Below are positions 1 through 10,117 of a DNA stretch of 64,000 nucleotides, one piece after another (within the stretch, counting starts at the first letter, position 1; each line of letters begins with the position of its first letter). This DNA is from an alpha proteobacterium SCGC AAA288-G21 (GTDB taxonomy: Bacteria; Pseudomonadota; Alphaproteobacteria; Pelagibacterales; Pelagibacteraceae): the NCBI GenBank assembly GCA_000513075.1, contig AZYC01000001.1, forward strand, positions 11,624 through 75,623, in the 5' to 3' direction. The position numbers and the translations under genes were made by a program. The notes beneath the pieces are model-generated. The model had not been told where the DNA came from. It was given only the letters and a program-made list of their open reading frames with translations, and did no database searches.

Positions 1-374
1 ATTCTTGGCAAATGCCACAGGGTGGAGTTGATCAAAATGAGAATTTTTTACAAGCAGCTGAAAGAGAACTTGAGGAAGAAACTGGGATAAAATCAGTAAA
101 ATTAATAAAAGAATTAGATGGATGGTTTAAATATGATTTACCGAAATATCTTCTAGGTAAACTCTGGAAAGGTAAATATAGAGGACAAAAACAAAAATGG
201 TTTGTTATGAAATTTCTAGGAAAACCCGATGAAATAAATGTCAAAACAAAAAATCCAGAATTCTTTGATTGGAAATGGATTGAACTTTCAAAATTACCTA
301 ACGTCGCTGTGCATTTTAAGGTAAATATTTATAAGAAAATAAAAGAACAGTTAACTTCTTTAAGTTTAAATTAG
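1..374 (+). CDS. rppH: RNA pyrophosphohydrolase / Nudix hydrolase, 5' end cut by the window edge
   Basis: The frame is open from the window edge (..SWQMPQGG..). Nudix box AAERELEEETG is present. The C-terminal part matches NudH/RppH-type proteins. Confidence 0.8.
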   Translation, partial: SWQMPQGGVDQNENFLQAAERELEEETGIKSVKLIKELDGWFKYDLPKYLLGKLWKGKYRGQKQKWFVMKFLGKPDEINVKTKNPEFFDWKWIELSKLPNVAVHFKVNIYKKIKEQLTSLSLN

Positions 375-765
375 ACTTGTATTTCTTTGAGCACATCAAG
401 TTTGTGATGAAGAACATAACGTTCATGATCTGCAATATTCTTATCTGTGAGTTTATCTTGAGTATCTTTATTTAGATTATCCACAAACTCTTTAGATAAA
501 TCTTTTACATTTATTACGGAAGCTGAAAGCACAACTAAACTATCATTAAAGTATTCCACAGTACCATCCTGAATAAAAAAATCTTCAGAATTTCCATCAT
601 TTTTTTGCACCTTTATTATTCCGGGTCTTAAAAGAGTTATTACTGAAATATGATTTTTCAATATACTCATATCACCCTCATATGATGGAAGTGTAACCAT
701 TTTTGTATCATCCGAAAAAATAATTCTTTCTGGACTAATTATTTCAAGCTTGAAATTATCTTCCA

Positions 766-766
<1 letters not shown>
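371..766 (-). CDS. atpC: F1 ATP synthase epsilon subunit
   Basis: 131 aa, immediately downstream of atpD. N-terminal beta-sandwich-type sequence (LEIISPERIIF..). Sits in operon position. Confidence 0.9.
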
Positions 767-2193
<1,427 letters not shown>

Positions 2194-3072
2194 TTATAAA
2201 CTTTCTGCTCCTGATATTATTTCAATCAGCTCTTTGGTAATTGCTGCTTGTCTACTTCTATTATAAGTAATTGTTAGTTTATCAACTAAATCTCCAGCGT
2301 TTCTTGTTGCACTATCCATGGCCGTCATTCTAGATCCTTGTTCACTTGCGGCATTTTCAAGAAACGCTTTAAAAATTTGAGCAGATATATTTCTTGGAAG
2401 TAAATTATTTAAAATTTCGTTTTCTTCAGGTTCAAATTCATAAAAATTATCTGATTTTTTTAATTCTTCTTTTTTTTGATTTTCGATTGGTATTATTTGT
2501 TGTTCTTGGGGTATTTGTGAAATAACATTCTTAAATTTATTATAAAATATTTTACATACGTCAAATTGTGATTCGCTAAATAATTTAATTACGATTTCTC
2601 CAACATTTTCTGCCTCTTTATAAGTAATTTTCTTAAATCCCTTAAAGTTTATTTTCTTAATTATATATTTTCCATAGACTCTTTTTAATTGATCGTATCC
2701 TTTGGATCCGACAGTAAAAATTTTTAGTGATTTTCCTTCTTTTAAAATTTTATCAAAATAATTCTTGGCTTTTTTACATATATTTGTGTTAAACCCACCA
2801 CAAAGTCCTCTATCAGCAGTAATAACAACGCATAGATGTGTATTATCTTTTTCTGTGCCAACTAAAAATTTTGAAGCATCATTTTTATCTGAAATTGAAT
2901 TACTTAAGTTAAGAATAATATTATTCATTTTTTCTGAAAAGGGTCTTCCTCTTTCAGCATTTTCCTGGGCTCTTTTTAACTTCGCCGCAGCCACCATTTT
3001 CATAGCCTTAGTAATTTTTTGTGTCGACTTGATGCTTGAAATTCTTTTTTTTAAATCATCTAAGCTTGGCAT
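2194..3072 (-). CDS. atpG: F1 ATP synthase gamma subunit
   Basis: 292 aa. N-terminal MPSLDDLKKRI.S...T.KITKAMKMVAAAKL and C-terminal ITKELIEIISGAESL are typical of gamma. Confidence 0.95.
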   Translation of the reverse strand: MPSLDDLKKRISSIKSTQKITKAMKMVAAAKLKRAQENAERGRPFSEKMNNIILNLSNSISDKNDASKFLVGTEKDNTHLCVVITADRGLCGGFNTNICKKAKNYFDKILKEGKSLKIFTVGSKGYDQLKRVYGKYIIKKINFKGFKKITYKEAENVGEIVIKLFSESQFDVCKIFYNKFKNVISQIPQEQQIIPIENQKKEELKKSDNFYEFEPEENEILNNLLPRNISAQIFKAFLENAASEQGSRMTAMDSATRNAGDLVDKLTITYNRSRQAAITKELIEIISGAESL

Positions 3073-3078
3073 AAAATG

Positions 3079-4614
3079 TTAATTGTCATTCTTTTTTTTA
3101 AATTCTTCTATGAGTAATGATAATTTTTTTTCTGTTTCCTCGTCTAATTTTCCCGTTTTATTAATATTTTCAATAATTTTAGGATTTGAGGATTTAACTT
3201 TTTCATAAATTTGTTTTTCAAAATTTTTAATATCAGTTAATTCAACATTGTCTAAATAACCTTTTACACCTGAAAAAACCGCAATTACCTGTTGTGCAAC
3301 CGTCATAGGAGAATATTGATCTTGTTTTAGAAGTTCAGTTAATTTAGACCCTCTATTTAATAGCCTTTGTGTAGAGATATCTAGATCTGAACCAAATTGA
3401 GCAAACGCTGCCATTTCTCTGTACTGTGCTAATTCTAATTTTATTGAGCCAGCAACTTTTTTCATAGCCTTTGTTTGGGCTGCTGAACCTACTCTCGAAA
3501 CTGATAATCCAACATTGACAGCAGGTCTTATCCCTTGATTAAATAGTTCGGTTTCTAAAAAAATTTGACCATCGGTGATTGAAATTACATTGGTTGGAAT
3601 ATAGGCAGAAACATCGCCTGCTTGCGTTTCGATTATTGGTAATGCAGTTAATGATCCACCACCCTTGTCATCATTAAGTTTTGCAGCTCTTTCTAGTAAT
3701 CTGCTATGAAGATAAAAAACATCACCTGGATAAGCCTCTCTTCCTGGTGGTCTTCTTAATAAAAGTGACATTTGTCTATAAGCTACAGCATGCTTAGACA
3801 AATCATCATAAATAATTAATGCATGCATATGGTTGTCTCTAAAATATTCACCCATGGTACAACCGGTATAAGGTGCCAAAAATTGTAATGGTGCCGGATC
3901 AGATGCTGTTGCAGAAATTATTGTTGTGTACTCCATCGCTCCTGCATCTTCTAAAGTTTTAACTATTTGGGCAACGGTTGATTGTTTTTGTCCGATAGCC
4001 ACATATATACAATATAATTTCTTTTTTTCATCACCTTCTACATTTATTTCTTTTTGATTAATAATAGTATCTATTGCAACTGCAGTTTTTCCAGTTTGCC
4101 TATCGCCAATAATTAATTCTCTTTGGCCTCTTCCAATTGGAATCAAACTATCAATTGCTTTCAAACCAGTTTGTACTGGTTCATTTACAGATTTACGAGC
4201 TATAATTCCGGGGGCTTTTACTTCAACTCTGTTTCTTTTTAATTTTTTATCTAGGTTACCTTTTCCATCTATTGGATTTCCTAGGCCATCTACAACTCTT
4301 CCCAACAATTCTTTTCCTACCGGAACATCAACTATTGAACCTGTTCTCTTTACAACATCACCTTCTTTAATATTTCTGTCATCACCAAAAATTACAACAC
4401 CAACATTGTCATTTTCTAAATTTAAAGCCATGCCTTTTGATCCATCAGAAAATTCTACCATTTCGCCTGCTTGAACATTATCTAAACCGTAAACACGGGC
4501 AATACCATCTCCAACAGATAGTACTTGTCCGACTTCAGTAATTTCTGCTTTTTCACCAAATTTTTTTATTTGTTCTTTTAAAATCTTTGTTACTTCAGAT
4601 GGATTTATTTGCAT
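3079..4614 (-). CDS. atpA: F1 ATP synthase alpha subunit
   Basis: 511 aa. Walker A GDRQTGKT. Conserved alpha-subunit sequence. Confidence 0.98.
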   Translation of the reverse strand: MQINPSEVTKILKEQIKKFGEKAEITEVGQVLSVGDGIARVYGLDNVQAGEMVEFSDGSKGMALNLENDNVGVVIFGDDRNIKEGDVVKRTGSIVDVPVGKELLGRVVDGLGNPIDGKGNLDKKLKRNRVEVKAPGIIARKSVNEPVQTGLKAIDSLIPIGRGQRELIIGDRQTGKTAVAIDTIINQKEINVEGDEKKKLYCIYVAIGQKQSTVAQIVKTLEDAGAMEYTTIISATASDPAPLQFLAPYTGCTMGEYFRDNHMHALIIYDDLSKHAVAYRQMSLLLRRPPGREAYPGDVFYLHSRLLERAAKLNDDKGGGSLTALPIIETQAGDVSAYIPTNVISITDGQIFLETELFNQGIRPAVNVGLSVSRVGSAAQTKAMKKVAGSIKLELAQYREMAAFAQFGSDLDISTQRLLNRGSKLTELLKQDQYSPMTVAQQVIAVFSGVKGYLDNVELTDIKNFEKQIYEKVKSSNPKIIENINKTGKLDEETEKKLSLLIEEFKKKNDN

Positions 4615-5172
4615 TTAAGCCTCTATTATGCTTTTTTCTAAGTGTTTAAGTCTATTTTTTATTGATGTGTCAATCATTATACTTCCTACCTGAATAATCA
4701 ATCCACCAATTAACGTAGAATCATATTTATAGTCTAGCTTTATTTTAGATGTAAAATTTTTAGACAATTCTTTTTGAATATTTTCTATTTCACTTGGAGA
4801 TAATTCTTTTGATGAATTTAATTGAGCTTGAATTTCTCCTCTACTCTTTGATACAAGTCGTAAAAAACTATTTAAAATTTTTTCTAAAAAAAATAATCTT
4901 CTTTTAAAGCATAAAAAAGACAGAAATTTGCTAAAAGTGTTAGTAAATTTAAATCTGTTGCTTACCATTTTTATAGCTTCCAATTGTTCATTTCTTTTAT
5001 ATGTCGGGTCTTTTACGAAGCTCATAAATTCAGAACTTTTTCTAAATAGATCTTGTAAACTTTTTGATTCTATTTCCATTCTATTTAATTCAGAATTTTC
5101 CTGACCAAGCTCAAACAATGCTAAAGCATATCTTCCGACTGCTATTTCTGAAAAATTACTCTTCGAACTCAA
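4615..5172 (-). CDS. atpH: F1 ATP synthase delta (OSCP) subunit, TTG start
   Basis: 185 aa. Shows the ..RYALALFEL.. OSCP-type N-terminus. Abuts the atpA start. An AAGGGG Shine-Dalgarno lies about 7 nt upstream of the TTG. Confidence 0.85.
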   Translation of the reverse strand: MSSKSNFSEIAVGRYALALFELGQENSELNRMEIESKSLQDLFRKSSEFMSFVKDPTYKRNEQLEAIKMVSNRFKFTNTFSKFLSFLCFKRRLFFLEKILNSFLRLVSKSRGEIQAQLNSSKELSPSEIENIQKELSKNFTSKIKLDYKYDSTLIGGLIIQVGSIMIDTSIKNRLKHLEKSIIEA

Positions 5173-5294
5173 ATTTATCCCCTTTTAGTTGTTAAATTTA
5201 GTGATGGGCAAACTTTTAAACAGGTTGTAACTAGCATATCAAATATTATTCTTCAAGTCAGAGCTATGGATAAAATTGAACAAATTCTGGCACA

Positions 5295-7253
5295 TTAATT
5301 AAAAGTAATTGGATCTACATCAACCGTAAGTTTTATTCCGGGAGGAATTTTTATTTTTTTCAATGTTTTTACCAATTTTTTTTGGATAAAAATATTTTTT
5401 TCAGATCTTAATAAAAGTCGACATCTATATTTTTGGTTTAGTTTAAATATTGGTGCATTAACTGGTCCCAGTATTTCTTCTTTAATATCTTTGGTAATTT
5501 GATTTTTTACTTTTATTGCTTCATTAATAGCTTGTCTCTCTTTTTTTCCAGAAATAATAACAGAAATAAATCTACAAAATGGTGGAAGCTTGTTTCGTTT
5601 TCTTAATTCAATTTCATTTAACAAGAATTTATGTGGATCTTTTTTAGAAATATTTAATAATATTTCGTCATTAGGTGTATATGTTTGAAAATAGATAGTT
5701 GATGATAATCCCTCGCGTCCAGCCCTTCCAGATAACTGATGATAAAGTTGAATGTTTTTTTCTGCAGATCTTAGGTCATATCCATGAGAAGAAAAATCAG
5801 CATCTACAACTACAATACAATTTAATTTTGAAAAATGAAAACCTTTGGAAATTAATTGTGTACCCACAAGTATATCAACTTTTTTATTTTCTATTTTTTC
5901 AATCAAGTCTTCCGAAGATTTTTTTTTATTTAAAGTATCGCTTGAGAATATTCGAATTTTTTTATTGGGATATCTTTGTTCTAATTCTTCTGCTATTCTT
6001 TCAACGCCCGGTCCGCACATAATGAATTCACATGGCTTGTTATCTTTGCAAATTTTATTAAGCTTAGTTTTATAACCACAATAATGACATAAAAGAAAAT
6101 TTTTACTTTTGTGATAGTTGAGATTAACGGAACAATTAGGACAAAGAAATTTTTTATAACACTTTTTGCAAATTACAAACGGTGCAAAGCCTCGTCTATT
6201 TAAAAAAAATAGAACTTGGTCACCCCTTTGTAAATGGTAGTTAACTTTTTCAATTGTTTCATTTGCAAGCCAACTTTTATTAGAAATTTTTTTGTTATTT
6301 AAATTGATGATCTCAAAATTTGGCATAGATGCATCTTGATATCTTTTTTTTAATTTTGAAATTGAATATTTTTTATTAATAATATTATTAAATGTTTCTA
6401 CCGAAGGAATTGATGTAATTAAAAGAACCTGAATTTTCTCAAAAGAGCCTCTTGATACGGCCATATCTCTAGCGTTATAAATAATTCCTTCATCTTGTTT
6501 ATAAGAAGCATCATGTTCTTCATCTACAATAATTATACCTAGTTTAGCAAAAGGTAAAAAAAGAGAAGATCTTGCGCCAACTACTACCCTAATTTTTTTT
6601 TCAACAATTCCTCTCCAAATTATTTTTTTATTTTTTTTTGAAGTTGCTGAATGCCAAATAGCTGGTTCAAATCCAAAAAAATCTATAAATCTTTTTTTAA
6701 ACTGAGTAGTAAGACCAATTTCAGGAAGCATAATTAATGCTTGATAACCTCGATTTATAATTTCCCTCAATCTATTAAAATAAACCAGTGTCTTCCCTGA
6801 ACCTGTAACTCCATCCAAAACGTGTACATTAAATTTATTTCCCTTTTTTTTAATTTCAGATAGACATTTTTCTTGTTCTGAATTTAACTTATATTTTAAA
6901 TTTCTGTTTAATTTCTGGTATTGATTAAAGGAATTTTCAGAAATATTTTCTACTGCTCCTTTGCTCAATAGTGTTAATCTAATACACATCCCAATTGGAA
7001 CAATATTATAAATCGAAAACCAATTTAAAAAATCAATCATGCTCTCCTGCATTTTTGGGACATCCAACTTTTTTTCAATTTTTTTTATTAGAAATTTTTT
7101 TTCGGCTTTTTCAAACTTATCCCAAACAATACCTGTTATTTTAGATGAACCGAATGGTACGATAACGTAATTTCCTTTATCTAAATTTAAAGAATTACTA
7201 TCATAAGTAAATGGGTGATCAAAAATATTAGGGATAAGAATCGGTACCTTCAT
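5295..7253 (-). CDS. priA: Primosomal protein N' (replication restart helicase PriA)
   Basis: 652 aa. Walker A GVTGSGKT, DEEHD box and a Cys-rich zinc-binding insert (CKKC..CPNC..CHYCG). Confidence 0.92.
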   Translation of the reverse strand: MKVPILIPNIFDHPFTYDSNSLNLDKGNYVIVPFGSSKITGIVWDKFEKAEKKFLIKKIEKKLDVPKMQESMIDFLNWFSIYNIVPIGMCIRLTLLSKGAVENISENSFNQYQKLNRNLKYKLNSEQEKCLSEIKKKGNKFNVHVLDGVTGSGKTLVYFNRLREIINRGYQALIMLPEIGLTTQFKKRFIDFFGFEPAIWHSATSKKNKKIIWRGIVEKKIRVVVGARSSLFLPFAKLGIIIVDEEHDASYKQDEGIIYNARDMAVSRGSFEKIQVLLITSIPSVETFNNIINKKYSISKLKKRYQDASMPNFEIINLNNKKISNKSWLANETIEKVNYHLQRGDQVLFFLNRRGFAPFVICKKCYKKFLCPNCSVNLNYHKSKNFLLCHYCGYKTKLNKICKDNKPCEFIMCGPGVERIAEELEQRYPNKKIRIFSSDTLNKKKSSEDLIEKIENKKVDILVGTQLISKGFHFSKLNCIVVVDADFSSHGYDLRSAEKNIQLYHQLSGRAGREGLSSTIYFQTYTPNDEILLNISKKDPHKFLLNEIELRKRNKLPPFCRFISVIISGKKERQAINEAIKVKNQITKDIKEEILGPVNAPIFKLNQKYRCRLLLRSEKNIFIQKKLVKTLKKIKIPPGIKLTVDVDPITFN

Positions 7254-7275
7254 ATTTGTATAATATGAAAATTTT

Positions 7276-8679
7276 TTAAGAGTGTATTGGTCTTTTATCT
7301 ACCGCAAGTGCAGCTTCTTTAATTGCTTCTGAATATGTTGGGTGAGCATGGCAAGTTCTTGCTATATCTTCAGAACTTGCACCAAATTCCATTGCCAAAA
7401 CCATTTCTGCAATCATATCGCCAGCATAAGGTCCTACAATATGAACTCCTAATAGTTTGTCAGTTTTTTCGTCTGCTAATATTTTAACAAATCCCTCTGT
7501 TTCATTGATCACTTTTGCTCTTGAATTAGCCATAAAAGGAAATTTTCCAATTTTATATTTTATATTTTCATTAATTAATTGTTGTTCAGTTTTACCGACC
7601 GAAGCCACCTCAGGAGAAGTATAAATAACACCTGGAATAATATTGTAATTAACATGTCCCGATTGTCCTGCTATTATCTCGGCCACAGCAATTCCTTCTT
7701 CCTCAGCTTTGTGAGCTAGCATTGGACCTTTAATTACATCACCAATTGCATAAATGTTTTTGATAGATGTTTGGAATTTATTATCCACCTGAATTCTACC
7801 TTGATTATCACATTTTATAGACATTTTTTTCAAATTTAATCCTTCTGTATTAGGTTTTCTTCCAACTGCAACTAACACTTTATCTGCATGAATTTTTTCT
7901 CTTACATTGGTTTTATTGGATGTATAATCGACAACCGCTTTACCCTTTACTAAACTAACAGCTGTAACTTTTGAATTTAATTTAAAATTAATTTCTTGTT
8001 TTTTAAGAATTTTTAAAAATTCAATAGAAATATCTTTATCCATTCCTGTAACAATATGATCTAAAAATTCAATGACCGTAACATTAGATCCTAGTCTTTT
8101 CCAAATAGAGCCCATTTCTAATCCTATATAGCCTCCGCCAATAATAACCAGTTCTTTGGGCACCTTATCGAAGGATAAAGCTCCTGTTGATGAAACAATA
8201 ATTTTTTCATCAATTTTTATACCTGGTAAAGAAGTTGGTACCGAACCAGTGCTAATTATTATACGATTTGCTTTGTAAATTTTTTTAGAATTTTTTTCCT
8301 GAACAATTATTTCATTATTTGATTTGAATGATGCCTGACCTTTTATGTAAGTAATTTTATTTTTTTTGAATAAAAATTCTATCCCTTTAGTTAAAACTGT
8401 CACAGATTTTTTTTTTGCTTTCATCATTTTTGAAAGATTTAAAGTTACTTTTCCTGTAGTAATTCCTAGGTTAGAAAAATTTTTTTTAACTTTGTTAAAA
8501 TTTTCTGATAAATTCAATAAACTTTTTGAAGGTATGCATCCCACATTAAGACAGGTTCCACCTAGTGTATTTTTAGATTCGATACAAGCTGTTTTGAAAC
8601 CAAGTTGTGAAGATCGGATGGCACAGACATAGCCTCCTGGTCCACCGCCGATTATAACTACCTGGAAAGTTTCAGACAT
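7276..8679 (-). CDS. lpdA: Dihydrolipoyl dehydrogenase (E3)
   Basis: 467 aa. FAD motif GGGPGGY, redox-active disulfide GTCLNVGCIPSK and C-terminal HAHPT motif. Confidence 0.96.
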   Translation of the reverse strand: MSETFQVVIIGGGPGGYVCAIRSSQLGFKTACIESKNTLGGTCLNVGCIPSKSLLNLSENFNKVKKNFSNLGITTGKVTLNLSKMMKAKKKSVTVLTKGIEFLFKKNKITYIKGQASFKSNNEIIVQEKNSKKIYKANRIIISTGSVPTSLPGIKIDEKIIVSSTGALSFDKVPKELVIIGGGYIGLEMGSIWKRLGSNVTVIEFLDHIVTGMDKDISIEFLKILKKQEINFKLNSKVTAVSLVKGKAVVDYTSNKTNVREKIHADKVLVAVGRKPNTEGLNLKKMSIKCDNQGRIQVDNKFQTSIKNIYAIGDVIKGPMLAHKAEEEGIAVAEIIAGQSGHVNYNIIPGVIYTSPEVASVGKTEQQLINENIKYKIGKFPFMANSRAKVINETEGFVKILADEKTDKLLGVHIVGPYAGDMIAEMVLAMEFGASSEDIARTCHAHPTYSEAIKEAALAVDKRPIHS

Positions 8680-8681
8680 TA

Positions 8682-10110
8682 CTACAACTTTAAAAATAAT
8701 CTTCTTGGTTCTTCTAAATATTCTTTAATACATTTTAGAAAGGAAACTGAATCTTTTCCATCAACAATTCTGTGATCGTAAGACAATGCTAAATACATGA
8801 TGGGTCTTGACATAATTTTACCATCCTTTGAAACTGGTCTTTCAACAATATTGTGCATACCCAAAACACCTGACTGCGGAGGATTCAAAATAGGAGTCGA
8901 AAGCATAGATCCATAAACACCTCCATTACTAATTGTAAAGGTTCCACCTTGCAGATCTTGAATAGCTAGTTTACCCCCCCCTGGCCTTATCAGAAATAAT
9001 ATTAATATTTTTTTCAATGTTCGCGAAAGACATTTCATCTGCATTTCTTAATACGGGGACAACCAATCCTCTATCGGTTCCTACTGCAAAACCTATATTA
9101 TAATAATTTTTATATATAATGTTATTCCCCTTTATTTCAGCATTAATTGCTGGAAAATTTTTCAACCCAACAACACATGCTTTAACAAAAAATGACATAA
9201 AACCCAATTTAACTGAGAAATTTTTTTGGAAATCTTCTTGGTAATCTTTTCTCATCTGAATAATATTATTCATATCAATTTCATTGAATGTTGTTAGTAT
9301 TGCTGCATTTTCTTGAGCTTCCTTTAACCTTTTGGCTATAGTTAATCTAAGTCTAGTCATTTTAATAATTTCCTCAGGTCCATGCTTTATTTTTCTTTCA
9401 GAAGGCTGGGGAGATTGACTCATTAATCCAATTAGATCACCTTTTAAAATTCTTCCATCCTTTCCTGTGCCTTGAACTTTATTCACATCTATTTTTTTTT
9501 CATCCACAATTTTGCGTACCGCGGGTGATAATTCATTTGATAAATTTTTATCTTGAAAGGACTCTTTGTTTTCTGAAATATCTTGATTTAAAATTTCAGG
9601 TTGTTCCTTTTCTTCTTTTATCTGTTGATTTAAAACTAGAGGTTGTTTCATTTCTTCCTTTGCAGGTTGATTTAAAACTAGAGGTTGTTCCATTTCTTCC
9701 TTTACCGGTTGATTCAAAACTAGAAGTTGTTCCTTTTTCTCCTCACTACTACCTGACTCTTTCCTATCAAAAATTGATATATCTTTTTCTTCTTTAATAG
9801 CATCTTGCTTTTTTTTTTGTTCTTTTGATTTAGTAATTGATACAACATTCTCACTTGAGATAACTTCACCATCTTGTGAACTTATTGTTCCAAGTAAAGC
9901 TCCGACTTCGACTGTATCTCCTGTTTTAAAATTAATTTTTGATATTACACCTTCTGCTGGAGATGGTACTTCGACATTAACTTTGTCGGTTTCAAGCTCA
10001 AGGATTGGCTCATCCTCTCTTACTTGATCACCTTGGTTTTTTATCCATTTGGAAATAGTAGCCTCGGTAATGCTTTCTCCGAGAGCTGGCACAATAATGT
10101 TTGCATTCAT
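8682..10110 (-). pseudogene. sucB: 2-oxoglutarate dehydrogenase E2 (dihydrolipoyllysine succinyltransferase), split by a +1 frameshift in a G8 run as sequenced
   Basis: ORF 8971..10110 carries the lipoyl domain (ELETDKV), linker, PSBD and the start of the catalytic domain, ending ..DKARGG*. ORF 8682..9044 continues ..[31 protein letters not shown]. Removing one G from the run at 8974..8981 joins them in frame. Confidence 0.9.
9580..9745 (-). repeat. About 4 degenerate copies of a 42-nt (14-aa) tandem repeat inside the sucB inter-domain linker
   Basis: Peptide units EQLLVLNQPVKEEM / EQPLVLNQPAKEEM / KQPLVLNQQIKEEK / EQPEILNQDISENK. The DNA units gttgatttaaaactagaggttgtt.catttcttccttt... are near-identical. 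Confidence 0.85.
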
Positions 10111-10117
10111 ATATTTG

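Noticed and set aside
8682-10110. Treating 8682..9044 and 8971..10110 (and likewise 20862..21626 and 21598..21867) as separate, genuinely distinct genes.
   Set aside because: The pieces are contiguous parts of single conserved proteins (E2 and Asd). They join perfectly when one nucleotide is removed from a homopolymer. The downstream pieces lack plausible independent starts or N-termini.
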